Shown here piece after piece: positions 28,154 through 38,336 of a stretch of DNA of 64,000 nt. Under the pieces are notes generated by a model. That model did not search any database. It worked only from the letters and a program-made list of their open reading frames with translations, and was not told the DNA's origin. Positions within the stretch are counted from its first letter, which is position 1. Each line of letters opens with the position of its first letter. The position numbers and the translations under genes are program-made. Source of the DNA: Terriglobales bacterium (GTDB lineage Bacteria; Acidobacteriota; Terriglobia; Terriglobales; Acidobacteriaceae); NCBI GenBank assembly GCA_049520915.1, contig JBEKPH010000006.1:50382-114381 (forward strand). The letters are read 5' to 3'.

Positions 28154-28954
28154 TTATGTAGCAAAAACACCCTTGATATCTGCGACTTCGATTACGTCAC
28201 CTGATTCGAGTTGCTTTTGGCCGCCCTCGACCACGATATCATTCACCCTGATGGTCACCGCGTTTTCGGAAGCGGCGATAAAGTAACCATCTTCGGCTCG
28301 GTAAATCAAGGCTGCAACGCGGGGAGCAAACCAGCGCTTTAGCCGAATGCCGGCCATCTTCGATTTACCGATCAGGGTCAGTTTGCCGGTCAGGACGTAG
28401 CGCTGCTGATCAGTTCGGCCTTTGACGATGCTCAGCGTGCCAATGGTCTGATGTACTTGAGTGGTTTTGACTGGCGGCAGGCTTTGAGCCATGCCGACTC
28501 TCCGGACCACAACCGAGCCGGCAGAGGAGGCTGCGACTGCGGCTTGAGTGAGCATTTCTTTCGCTTTTGCCGTGTCCAAGACCATAGTGGGATCAAGTTG
28601 TGGCGGCATGGGCAATTGCAGGCCAACGACGCCATTAACAGTTCCATACGGTGCGGCGACCGGACGTACTTCGTCACGAAATTCGATCGTGTGCTTGCCG
28701 ATCGTGGCGTTGTCTCCGTCCTTCAGCACCGCCTTGCTGATGCGTTGATCATTGACGTAAGTGCCATTAAAGCTCTCAACGTCTTCGATGACATAGTGAT
28801 CGCCTTCCGCGTAGATCCGGGCGTGATATCCGGAGACGGCAGGATTGTCGATACGAAAGACGTTGTCTGGCTGACGGCCAATGGTGACGGTGCCGCCAGA
28901 AAGCAAGAGCTCTTGTAAGACCCGGTCTTCAAACTTGAGAAACAGCTCAGCCAT
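28154..28954 (-). CDS. FHA domain protein (N-terminal canonical FHA, second FHA-like domain at the C-terminus)
   Basis: TIGRQPDNVFRIDNPAVSGYHARIYAEGDHYVIEDVESFNGTYVNDQRI, and C-terminal LTLIGKSKMAGIRL...AALIYRAEDGYFIAASENAVTIRVND. Confidence 0.85.
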   Translation of the reverse strand: MAELFLKFEDRVLQELLLSGGTVTIGRQPDNVFRIDNPAVSGYHARIYAEGDHYVIEDVESFNGTYVNDQRISKAVLKDGDNATIGKHTIEFRDEVRPVAAPYGTVNGVVGLQLPMPPQLDPTMVLDTAKAKEMLTQAAVAASSAGSVVVRRVGMAQSLPPVKTTQVHQTIGTLSIVKGRTDQQRYVLTGKLTLIGKSKMAGIRLKRWFAPRVAALIYRAEDGYFIAASENAVTIRVNDIVVEGGQKQLESGDVIEVADIKGVFAT

Positions 28955-29148
28955 GGCGCGACTCCAAAATGCGGGATCTGAGAAAACAATTGCGGCAGGG
29001 GAGAGTGATCTTTCCTTGGCGCTGCCACTCGACGATCACGTTCTATTCTGCGCCTGAAAACACAAAAGGAAAGAGTACCAAGGTACCTGAGACCAAACGG
29101 GGTTCGCTGGAGAGTTCTGATAGGCGCCGAATGCGGTCAATGCACTGC

Positions 29149-31878
29149 TCACAGCTTAGTATCGGCCGACAACGCTAAATTGAACTGATCGCGCAGAAAC
29201 TTGACTGCCTCGTCTCGTCCGGAAGACGCGGTCTGAGGCGTCGCATTCAAGTACAAAACGTACAATTCCGCGGCTCCGTCGCTGTCGCCTTGTTGCGCCA
29301 GTGTTCTCGCCGCCTGCAGGACTTCCGCCGGCAGTTCCGTCACTTTTTCTCGCACCGCTTTCACCAGGGCATTTCGGGAATCAATTTCCAGATCTGTCAG
29401 AAGCTGGGCCCCGTCGGGCTCCACGCCCTGGTTGGTGATTCCGGCAGTGTCATCCGCTTTGACATCTTGCAAAACAATGGTCGTGGTGTGTTTTTCCTTA
29501 TGCACGTCGACAGGCTGGCCGAAAAGATTACCCGTCGGATCGCGAAACTGGAATTCGATCTCCGCCGACGCGGTCAGATCAATGGTCTTCTTTGTGTAGT
29601 GGTAAGACTCAACAACGATCTCCTGGCGGCTCTGCTCGGTCGTGTCCAACTTATGTCGCAACTCGTCGACGCTCTTCTGTGCCTGCTGCACCGCGTCCGT
29701 GGCATCTGCGATTGCTTGCTTCTTCTTGTGTTGCCCTTGGGCGTCGGCCAGCGCATGTTGAGCCGAGATAAGCTGCTGCTGGGCGGTTTCATATTCACTT
29801 TCAATTTGCAGCCAAGCCGGATTTTTCGACTCATGCGCGCCCGCCCGGTATTTCGATTCCGGAGCTTCCAGGTGTGCATTCTTGACTATGCGATGTTCCA
29901 AAACCTGCCCGACAAGCGTGAAATTCGGATGTTGAGCCTCCTCCGCCTCCGACGGATTCCGCATGACCGCAATCGGCGTCCCTAGAGAATCGAGTCCGCT
30001 GGTTATCGCGTCTGCAAGCTGGTCGGCAAAACCATGGCTGTCGCGACGTGAAGTTTGATCGCGAAATACGATGCTGACCGAGAGTTGGGATCGCCGTTGA
30101 TACAGTGGTTCGTAACGGGCCATCTCTTCTTTTAGGGTATCGAGATCGGTAATCCCGTAGCGCGCTGCTTGTTTCAGGTAAAGCCACCCCACACCGGCTC
30201 CGGATCCCGAAGTTTTCTGTAGATATCGATTGGCTTGGTCGAGATAGTAAGCACTGATCTTGGCGGAAAGGAAGTCGCGTTTGAGGGTGATCGCCGGGTC
30301 ATCTCCTAAAGCGCTGGCACGATCCCACAAAACATAGGCCTCGAGCGCCGCATTCTCGTCAGCCGGGTTTTTGATCGGAAGGTGCGACTCCTGGATTTTC
30401 TGGGCGCGCTGCACTGCGGCGCCAATATAATCGTGCGACAACGCTGTCAGCTGTGGCGTTACCAAGGCGCGTTGTTTCTCAGGTAAGTCGGCGAGTACGC
30501 CATAGGCCTCGACGAACTGCTTCTTGCGCGCGTATTGGTCGCTTTCGAGAACAGCAGCGTCTACCGCCTGTTGATTGCGCTGGGCCTCGAGTTGAGCCGC
30601 AGCGTTGTCGGCCGCCGTCTGGACATCCTTGCGGTCGGGCCGGAAGGCCGCCGCTTTGCCAAACTCCGTGATTGCTTTTTCCCACTCGTGATGGGCGGAC
30701 TGCTTCTGTCCGTTATCGTAGTAGTGTTGAAACGCCGCATTGATCACGCCATCCACGCGGGGCATTTCGGAAGCGAAGGCGAGATAAGCACCCAGCGAGT
30801 TGACGGCCTGATCGTAATGCGATTCTGCGATCAACACCTGCGCGTTCACGATGGCGGTATCCAGTTTCCGCTGCTCGGCGGCAATCTCGCGCTGCAGACT
30901 AAGCAGCGGAGCATAGCCTGGCCGCACTTCCAACAGACGTTCTACGTGCACCTTGGCAGCAGACAGTTGCGAATATCCAGACGCATGGTCTTGCACGGCT
31001 TTTCGGTACGCCTGCAGTCGTGTCTGATCGGGTCGCGCCAGGTTGTCCAATTCTCGCGATATGTCGTCCATTAACCGCGCGGCGGGCTTGAAATCGGGAG
31101 ATGCCTGGCTGGCGGACTGTGCCTCCAAGAATGCCTGCCGCAGCATAGCGAGGTCTTGCTTCTTGGCGCCGCTCGAACTTTGAAACTGCGCAAAAGCAGC
31201 TTCGGCTGCCTGCTGATGAAATGCCGCGATGGTATTTTGAGCAGAAACTCGCCGTTCGGAAGACGGATAACGCGTTGAGAAATCCTCCCAGTCGCTGAGC
31301 GTATTTGCTCGTTGCGCACGCAGGAAGTCGGCAAGTTCAACGTCCGGCGCGGCGATAAACACCAACTGCACACCGGGCTTGAAGCCTGGGATCACCGCAT
31401 CGCGAGGCGAGGAGGAGGCAGGCGTCCCTCGAATCGTGGCTTGTTCAGCTGCCGCCGCTGGCGTGAGTTCAACGCTCCGTTCGAATTTCAGATTGCTGGG
31501 CAGAACGCATACAGACTTGCCGTTTGCGGTTAGCGTGAGCACGCCGTCGGCGCCGCGCTGAAGCGAGCTAGCTCCCACCATTGACACTCGCGGAAGCCCA
31601 TTATAAGTATTCTTGTCGAGCCTCGAAACCCCGTCGCAGCTGCGAACTTCGATCTTTCCATTGACTGCTGCTTCCGTGATCTGTACATACGCCGCGCCCT
31701 GAGTGCCGTCGAACAAAACTACCGCGGTCAGGGCCGCGTCTTTGGCGCTCGTCGTGATCGATGCTCCGCCCACAAAAACAACGACGAGAACAATCGCGAC
31801 GCAGCAGTGTTCGAGACAAGACGCCTCGCTTGGCCGCTTCGAACGACGGGAGAAACAAATAGGCTTCCACAACTTCAT
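29149..31878 (-). CDS. Large (909 aa) membrane-anchored, mostly helical hypothetical protein
   Basis: Start ATG 31878 (MKLWKPICFSRRSKR + TM CCVAIVLVVVFVGGASI). Long Ala/Gln-rich helical repeats. No catalytic motif recognised. Confidence 0.6.
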   Translation of the reverse strand: MKLWKPICFSRRSKRPSEASCLEHCCVAIVLVVVFVGGASITTSAKDAALTAVVLFDGTQGAAYVQITEAAVNGKIEVRSCDGVSRLDKNTYNGLPRVSMVGASSLQRGADGVLTLTANGKSVCVLPSNLKFERSVELTPAAAAEQATIRGTPASSSPRDAVIPGFKPGVQLVFIAAPDVELADFLRAQRANTLSDWEDFSTRYPSSERRVSAQNTIAAFHQQAAEAAFAQFQSSSGAKKQDLAMLRQAFLEAQSASQASPDFKPAARLMDDISRELDNLARPDQTRLQAYRKAVQDHASGYSQLSAAKVHVERLLEVRPGYAPLLSLQREIAAEQRKLDTAIVNAQVLIAESHYDQAVNSLGAYLAFASEMPRVDGVINAAFQHYYDNGQKQSAHHEWEKAITEFGKAAAFRPDRKDVQTAADNAAAQLEAQRNQQAVDAAVLESDQYARKKQFVEAYGVLADLPEKQRALVTPQLTALSHDYIGAAVQRAQKIQESHLPIKNPADENAALEAYVLWDRASALGDDPAITLKRDFLSAKISAYYLDQANRYLQKTSGSGAGVGWLYLKQAARYGITDLDTLKEEMARYEPLYQRRSQLSVSIVFRDQTSRRDSHGFADQLADAITSGLDSLGTPIAVMRNPSEAEEAQHPNFTLVGQVLEHRIVKNAHLEAPESKYRAGAHESKNPAWLQIESEYETAQQQLISAQHALADAQGQHKKKQAIADATDAVQQAQKSVDELRHKLDTTEQSRQEIVVESYHYTKKTIDLTASAEIEFQFRDPTGNLFGQPVDVHKEKHTTTIVLQDVKADDTAGITNQGVEPDGAQLLTDLEIDSRNALVKAVREKVTELPAEVLQAARTLAQQGDSDGAAELYVLYLNATPQTASSGRDEAVKFLRDQFNLALSADTKL

Positions 31879-32060
31879 AAAAGTCCGCAAGCATACATTT
31901 TCTCCCGGGAACGAGCGGGTGAAAGAAGATAGATAGCCCAATTAAAACTAAAGTAAGTGGGAAGCAAAACTTGTCGGCGCTATGATTGAAGATGAGTGCG
32001 TAGACTCCATAACTTGTGCGTTTACGCATATTTGCGATAACGGCGCACTAGAGATTTCTC

Positions 32061-33851
32061 ATGGAATTGGAAAAACCACCCAACGACCGGGTTGAGCGGC
32101 GGGGATCTGCTGATGAGCCCACGACTGGGCGCGCGCATCCTTCGAGTCAGTCGCACCTCACGGCATTGAGCCGTTACCAGATTCAGGAAGAATTAGGGCG
32201 CGGCGCCATGGGAGCTGTCTATAAGGCATTCGACCCCGTAATTGCCCGTACTGTCGCGCTCAAGACCATTCTGATCGACAATAACGCTCCGGATCGCGCC
32301 CAGATGATCGAAAGGCTCAAACAAGAAGCCAAAGCGGCCGGCGGACTGGATCATCCCAATATCATCACCATCTACGACGTTGGCGAGGAAAACGGCGCCA
32401 TTTACTTGAGCATGCAGTTCGTCAAAGGCACCACCCTCGCCGAGTTATTGGCTCGTGTTGGCGTGCCTTCCCTCTCAACGCTTCTCGCTTGGGCTGACCA
32501 AATGTTGGCTGCGGTCGGTTTTGCACATGCCCGCGGCGTCATTCATCGCGACCTTAAACCGGCCAACCTCATGGTGACCGACCAGGGCGTCATTAAAGTC
32601 CTCGACTTCGGAATTGCCAAGATCGACAACACATCCCTCACGCAAACCGGGATGGTCCTCGGTACGCTTGGCTACATGGCTCCCGAGCAGATCGCCGGCA
32701 AGAAAGTGGATCATCGCGCCGACATCTTCTCCCTGGGTGCCGTTGTCTATGAATTGCTGACCCGCGAAAAAGCTTTTGCCGGTGATGTCGCAACCGTCCT
32801 CTACAAGATCGTAAACGAGGATCCTGTCGCGCCATCGCTCATTAACCCGGCGATTCCCGGCGGGATCGATGCCGTGATTCGCAAAGCCCTCGCCAAAGAC
32901 CCACGGGATCGATTCCAGACTTGCGAGGAAATGCGGCAGGCCTTCCTCGATCAATCTGTTCGCGCGCCGCTCACTCTGGCCGCGACCGCGACCGCAGAAA
33001 GGGTGGTTGCCAACCGGTCGCCAGCCGCAGCCAGCGCCCGGCGTGCCCCTCAGTTCGAAACAACTCCACCGCGAATCTGGCCGCGTATGATTCTGGGCTT
33101 TGCGCTCCTTTTCATCGCAGCGGCGAGTTGGGCTTTCTATATCCGTTCGCAAACAGGCGTGTTTCCTCCGTTTGCTGCGAAACTCGAGACCAAGATCAGA
33201 GCGTTGATTTCGGGCACTGGAGAGCCCAGCGAGTCCTCCACGCAGGTTCCGCGCCCTGCGGATGAGCACAACGTCGCGCCCGTCCGCGCTCAGAATCCAG
33301 AGGCGGCGGATGCTCCGGCGGCCGCTTCACAAGTATCCGCAAATCCCGGGGCCTCGAGTCCCGCAGCCGTACCAACCCTGCAGCCGGTAGTTGCCCAGTC
33401 ATCAAGCGATCATCCGACAAGTGAAAGCGCAACCATCTCTGGCGCCCCGACATCACCAGCGGCGACGTCCCAGAAGCCTCTCGATTCGTCACAGGCCGCT
33501 TCATCTCAAACCATTGAGTCGAGTGACCACCAGCAACCTGCGACCGACAATTCAACTGTCCATGGCTCACTTACCGCGTCTTCTGCCTCCCGCGATGATG
33601 ACAAGCAAAGCGTACCGCCAGCCGCACTAAAGCCGTCTGCCCAAAAAAGTGCTCCGGAAGCGGCTTCGACGGTAGACGGTTTCAGCCGGCAGGACATCCC
33701 GGATCTGCTTCGACAGGCCGATTCCTCAACCGCGCGCGGCGATTATCGTCTGGCGCGTTATGAATATGGACTTGTGCTAAAGCTCGATCGCAACAATGCC
33801 CCGGCGCGAGAAGGTCTGCGCCGCTTGCTGGCTGCATGGCAGTCGCGCTGA
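32061..33851 (+). CDS. Ser/Thr protein kinase with TM segment, low-complexity linker and short C-terminal TPR-like motif
   Basis: LGRGAMGAVYKA, VALKTI, HRDLKPANLMV, DFGIAK and GYMAPEQ. TM MILGFALLFIAAASWAFYI. Confidence 0.9.
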   Translation: MELEKPPNDRVERRGSADEPTTGRAHPSSQSHLTALSRYQIQEELGRGAMGAVYKAFDPVIARTVALKTILIDNNAPDRAQMIERLKQEAKAAGGLDHPNIITIYDVGEENGAIYLSMQFVKGTTLAELLARVGVPSLSTLLAWADQMLAAVGFAHARGVIHRDLKPANLMVTDQGVIKVLDFGIAKIDNTSLTQTGMVLGTLGYMAPEQIAGKKVDHRADIFSLGAVVYELLTREKAFAGDVATVLYKIVNEDPVAPSLINPAIPGGIDAVIRKALAKDPRDRFQTCEEMRQAFLDQSVRAPLTLAATATAERVVANRSPAAASARRAPQFETTPPRIWPRMILGFALLFIAAASWAFYIRSQTGVFPPFAAKLETKIRALISGTGEPSESSTQVPRPADEHNVAPVRAQNPEAADAPAAASQVSANPGASSPAAVPTLQPVVAQSSSDHPTSESATISGAPTSPAATSQKPLDSSQAASSQTIESSDHQQPATDNSTVHGSLTASSASRDDDKQSVPPAALKPSAQKSAPEAASTVDGFSRQDIPDLLRQADSSTARGDYRLARYEYGLVLKLDRNNAPAREGLRRLLAAWQSR

Positions 33852-34160
33852 CGTTTGAGCCTAGCGAGGAATAACTTTCCCGCTTCTACAGCGGCGTCAG
33901 ACAAGAATGACAGCCAACAAAGAAAGACGGCCAGCGACCACAACGGCACGATGGTTCTCTGCCCGCCACGGTTGGTGAGGCTTTAGTTAGATCTATGTGC
34001 GCACTCCAGCGAACTCAGATCCATCGCGCTGGCGGCGATCCAAAGGGTTACTCGGTGTTGGCAACCGCCCAATGCTGGATGCGGATTCTGAAGAGTCATA
34101 TTTTGCAGTGTGCGAATCGGACATGAACCCGCCAGAGCGAGTTCAGAGGCAGAATGCATC

Positions 34161-35144
34161 TTACTTGGCGTGCTCGTCGCTGGCAGTCTCCTCCTGCTGT
34201 TCTTCAGCCTTTTGCCAACTCGAATTGGGGTTGTATTCCTTCATGCTCCTGGCGACAACATCGGTCTTCTTACCAAGATCTTTTTCGTAAACTACCCCGT
34301 CCTGGTTAACAATGAATGTCATCACGCCGGACGATCTGTACTCCGCTGGATAGGCCACGAAAGCAAAGCCGCCGGTCATTTTGCCGTTTACTATGTAACT
34401 CTTCGCGCCACTTGGTCCGTTTTTCCCCTGACGAGTCAGGATGTGAAAATAGTATCCCCGATAGGGGGTCGGAGCGTCCCCCTGGCTCTTGGAGTAGTCC
34501 TCTGCAACTGCCGCCGCCACCAGCGGTCCGATGGGGCTCTCTGGTGCCCCGTCCACGGCTTTCCAATAGAGACCATTGTGTTGTCCCTCATCACTGAGGA
34601 TTTTCTCAGCGTACTCGTTGTGCTGTGCGGAGTAGTATTCCTTTTGCGAAGCGACGAGTTCCTGGCAAACGCGAATGGACGATATTTCGTTCTGGCCAAT
34701 TCGTCTGTACAAAATCTCTTTCTTACCCGCCTCAGTGTCGAAATACCACGAATCTCCGTGGTTCACGAGCGGTATCGGCGTGGGCCAGTTCTCCGCTCCG
34801 ATGTATAAGGTGGTGGTTCCATCCGGTTCTTTCACCAAACGGTGCATCTCCTGATATTTCTCCACAAAATTGGCGCGGCTGGTGGCATCCTCGGATTCGT
34901 CACCTGACGAGACGATCTGCTTCCCGTCTGGTCCAAGGATATTGAGCATCGTTTTTTCGTCGTTGCCCTGCGCTGCCGTGAAGATTGCCCGGCTTGCATC
35001 TTCCGGCGATGAAAATGTTTTCTGGCCTGGCTGCTGCGCCATGGAACGCGTAGGTAGGCACATCGTCAAAACGATCGCGACCGCCACCAGCTTAGAAAGG
35101 TCGGCCCAAGCAATTTTGTCGAAGTTCAGCGTCGTTCGTCGCAT
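34161..35144 (-). CDS. DUF2950 family secreted protein
   Basis: YRGYYFHILTRQGKNGPSGAKSYIVNGKMTGGFAFVAYPAEYRSSGVMTFIVNQDGVVYEKDLG is the family signature. Start chosen at ATG 35144 (GGAGAG 7 nt upstream). Confidence 0.75.
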   Translation of the reverse strand: MRRTTLNFDKIAWADLSKLVAVAIVLTMCLPTRSMAQQPGQKTFSSPEDASRAIFTAAQGNDEKTMLNILGPDGKQIVSSGDESEDATSRANFVEKYQEMHRLVKEPDGTTTLYIGAENWPTPIPLVNHGDSWYFDTEAGKKEILYRRIGQNEISSIRVCQELVASQKEYYSAQHNEYAEKILSDEGQHNGLYWKAVDGAPESPIGPLVAAAVAEDYSKSQGDAPTPYRGYYFHILTRQGKNGPSGAKSYIVNGKMTGGFAFVAYPAEYRSSGVMTFIVNQDGVVYEKDLGKKTDVVARSMKEYNPNSSWQKAEEQQEETASDEHAK

Positions 35145-35204
35145 ATGGCTTCTCTCCATTTCTAACTTTTGCAAACTACCCGGAACATGGAAGGAACATC
35201 AGAC

Positions 35205-36428
35205 TCAATGACGGCCGCCACCACCGTGACCTCCGCCACCGCCATGCGTGCCACCACCGAAACCGCCGCCCCGCGCGCCGCCGCCCATACTGGCGCTTCC
35301 GCGTGAGGATGAGCCTCGCGCCTGTCCGCCGCGCTGGTAGCCGCTGAACGCGCCCGAACGAACTCCGCTCTGTCCGCGCGCTGCAGCGTATCCTCGTGCC
35401 GCTCGACTGTTTCCGTTGAAAGCTCTGCCGCTCGCGCCGGAACGGGCGTTTTCTCCCCCGCGTTCGCCGTTAAATCCGCCGCGAGCGTTCGATCCGCCTC
35501 GGGTGCCGTTCGACCCGCGTTGCACGTTCCTGGCTACGCCCCGCTCGCCTCCTCCTCGGTAGTAGCTGTTCCGGTTGTAAAACGTATTGCTGCGGGAGAA
35601 GTACCTGCCTCCGCCGTAAAGTCCGTATCCGCCGCGCCAGTTGAACCCCCAGTTATTCCAGCCCCAGCCAAAACCGCCATACCAGCCGACCCCGAACCCC
35701 ATTCCGAAGGAAAGGTACGGGCCGCCAAACCAGATTCCGGGATACGGATACCATCCCGGCCACGCCATTACGGGTCCTCCATAAACCGCCCACGGATCAT
35801 ACGCGGGGATGTAAACCTCGTCCGGGTCGGACGGCGCAATGCTGATGTCAGAGTTTTGCGTCGACACAGTTTGCTGTGGAGTGGTCTTGAGATTGCCCGA
35901 TTCTTGCGCCCGCCGGCGCATCACTTGCACCGCATTCATAACGTTCGCTTGCTGGTTGTAGTATGCGTCGCCCAGAGACGATGCCCAGGAGAGATTCTTG
36001 TCCATGTTTCCCAGAACGGATGGAAATGCAGCGAGGGCCTTGACGCTTGGGTCCCAGGGTTGTTGGTCCACCGCCTTACCCAAATCGGCGCCCTTCAAAT
36101 CAGGATGCGCTTGCACCCAGCGGTCAGCCTCGACGACCTGCTCAGGAAAGGTCGAAGCCGCCAGAATCTGCGCCACCAGCGAGTCCGGATACAGCGCAAT
36201 CGGCGCGACCAACTGCTGCAACTGCTCGGGAGTCTGTTGAGTGTATGACGGCGACTGTGCGCCCTGCTGGTCTTGGGACGGCGTCGGTGCTTGTGCGCTC
36301 TGGTCTTGATCAGCAAACAAATTTTGAGGCCAAGCCACGAAGCACAGGGCTAACGACAAGAGACAAACCAGATTCCGCTTGCCCAATCGAGACCTCGAAA
36401 AGCCCGCGACATATTTGAAAATATTCAT
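35205..36428 (-). CDS. DUF3300 family secreted protein with Gly/Arg-rich tail
   Basis: LVAPIALYPDSLVAQILAASTFPEQVVEADRW signature. Start ATG 36428 (GAGGAG 10 nt upstream), or ATG 36455, which overlaps the upstream stop as ATGA. Confidence 0.8.
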   Translation of the reverse strand: MNIFKYVAGFSRSRLGKRNLVCLLSLALCFVAWPQNLFADQDQSAQAPTPSQDQQGAQSPSYTQQTPEQLQQLVAPIALYPDSLVAQILAASTFPEQVVEADRWVQAHPDLKGADLGKAVDQQPWDPSVKALAAFPSVLGNMDKNLSWASSLGDAYYNQQANVMNAVQVMRRRAQESGNLKTTPQQTVSTQNSDISIAPSDPDEVYIPAYDPWAVYGGPVMAWPGWYPYPGIWFGGPYLSFGMGFGVGWYGGFGWGWNNWGFNWRGGYGLYGGGRYFSRSNTFYNRNSYYRGGGERGVARNVQRGSNGTRGGSNARGGFNGERGGENARSGASGRAFNGNSRAARGYAAARGQSGVRSGAFSGYQRGGQARGSSSRGSASMGGGARGGGFGGGTHGGGGGHGGGGRH

Positions 36429-36451
36429 GTTCCTGAATCTCCTCTGTACTT

Positions 36452-37117
36452 TCATTGCTCGCGTCGCGCAAGTTCTCGGTGTCCTGCGATGGTCGAGTTG
36501 TTGCGGGCGTCCGGCGTAAGGGAAAGATTGGCGTATAAGGGCATTCTGATTTGCTGGTCGAAAGCGGTCCTGACCTCGACCACAGTGTTGTTCTTGCCGA
36601 TGGTGATCTTCGCGGCCTGACCGAGGTCGGAAATCTTTACATTTTTTAGCTGGGTGTCGAGGCCTTCGGTGATAGCCTTGCCACCAGTGAGGACGGCAAT
36701 GCTCCGCAACGTTCTCTCGCCCTGATCCCCAGAGCCGGCTGTCCTGACGGCGGCAACTTGCAGCGGGCCATGCAGATTCCTCACGACGAGAGTAGCCAGC
36801 GCGTCGCCCCCAACATCCCCTGCGATTATGACCAGCGGCCTGCCACTCTTTGTGATCTGCTCTAGTAGTGGGAGGAGGTCCTGCTTAGAACCGATTTGCT
36901 TTTCGTGAATGAGAATGTAAGCGTTCTCGAAGGCAACTTCCATGCGTTCGTGATCTGTGACGAAGTAAGGCGAGAGGTATCCGGAGTCGAATTGCATAAA
37001 GCGACCTCGCGGCTTGTCGCTAACGCAGCTGGGAACGATGCTCCTGTGGTCCATGGCGCCAGGAACTTCAACACCCGCCGGAATGTGGTGGTCTACGGTA
37101 GCAAGTTTGGCTGTCAT
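36452..37117 (-). CDS. GroEL apical-domain-only ORF (truncated, divergent chaperonin paralogue; possibly a pseudogene)
   Basis: [109 protein letters not shown] aligns with the GroEL apical region (about residues 190-375 of E. coli GroEL). Both equatorial halves are absent. Confidence 0.7.
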   Translation of the reverse strand: MTAKLATVDHHIPAGVEVPGAMDHRSIVPSCVSDKPRGRFMQFDSGYLSPYFVTDHERMEVAFENAYILIHEKQIGSKQDLLPLLEQITKSGRPLVIIAGDVGGDALATLVVRNLHGPLQVAAVRTAGSGDQGERTLRSIAVLTGGKAITEGLDTQLKNVKISDLGQAAKITIGKNNTVVEVRTAFDQQIRMPLYANLSLTPDARNNSTIAGHRELARREQ

Positions 37118-37467
37118 GCTTGCAGAGTCTCCGTGAGCTGTGCCTCAAGGCATGCTCTTCCTTGCGTGAGATGGATCATTCTCTTCTCGGCGACGTGCGA
37201 GATTCTTCGATCTAGCAATTGCAAATGATAGTTTTGTTGTCGTTATCGGTTCCTTCGACTGCTGAATGATTTCCGATTCTTTAGCAGTCTCACAACTCGT
37301 TATCTCTTCTTTTCACTCGCGTTTGTCATTGCATGCAAGTATGTCCGATTTCAACTTTGCAATATGGTCAGTTTGGTACACTCTGCAAATAAACCGCGCG
37401 CGATTTTAACGAACAGATTGGAGTGTATCCATGACCTTAACGAGTCAGAACAGAGGACATGTGACCT

Positions 37468-37689
37468 CTATGCTTCCTTTCGTTCGCGTTTTTTCGCGGA
37501 GTAGCGTTTATGAGACTTCTGAAGCGCACCTGCCTTGACCTCGATGCGATGCACATGCCCATACTCGCGCAGGTTCTCGTATACAAAACGCACGATTCGT
37601 GCCGGGATGGCAAACCCTAGTCCCTCGCTCCCGCCCGCTGCGGAGAGAATAAAAGTGTTAATCCCCACTCCGTAGCCGTCCGTATCCAA
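37468..37689 (-). pseudogene. HtrA/DegP-type serine protease fragment (~50 aa of the protease-domain C-terminus)
   Basis: GVGINTFILSAAGGSEGLGFAIPARIVRFVYENLREYGHVHR matches the HtrA block around the catalytic Ser (GINTaI.S.sGG..GiGFAIP). The N-terminal His/Asp part and the PDZ domains are missing. Confidence 0.6.
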
Positions 37690-38263
37690 AAAGCAATCGA
37701 TTTTTATTCAGGGCGACTCGTCCGACGCTGTTTTTTATATACGGAAAGGAAAAGTACGGCTCACAGTTGTGGCGAAGACCGGGAAGGAAGCCACAACCGG
37801 CATTCTGAACGAGGGCGATTTCTTCGGAGAAGGTTGCCTTACGGGGCAGCCTCTCCGCCTATGCTCCGCAACCGCAATGACCGATTGCTCTGTGATGCGG
37901 ATCGATAAGAAGACCATGATGGAAGTGCTTCACCGCGAACAGGCATTTTCCGATATGTTCGTGGCATACTTGCTGGCCCGGAATATCCAGTACGAAGCAG
38001 ATTTGGTTGACCAGCTTTTCAATTCCAGTGAGAAACGACTGGCTCGCCTTCTGCTCTTGCTCGCTCGCTTCGGCAAGGATGGAAACTCGCAAGTTGCTAT
38101 TCCCAAACTCAGTCAAGAAACCCTCGCGGAGATGGTGGGCACAAGCCGCCCGCGGGTTAGCTTTTTCATGAACAGGTTTAGGAGATTGGGCTTCATTGAT
38201 TATCACGCTGGCGATGCATTACAAATTCATAGTTCACTCCTGAACGTTGTGCTCCACGACTAG
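37676..38263 (+). pseudogene. Crp/Fnr family regulator lacking its 5' end
   Basis: The track ORF starts at GTG 37769, but the frame is open from 37676 and already encodes IFIQGDSSDAVFYIRKGKVRLTVVAKTGKEATTGILNEGDFFGE (cNMP-binding beta-roll). No start codon exists for the missing ~40 N-terminal residues. The C-terminal HTH is intact (ETLAEMVGTSRPRVSFFMNRF). Confidence 0.6.
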
Positions 38264-38336
38264 GACTTCGTTTCGGGGCTAAACTGCTAAATCGGAATTT
38301 CGTTTTGCAAGCAACTTAATAAGGAGAATGGCGGCG

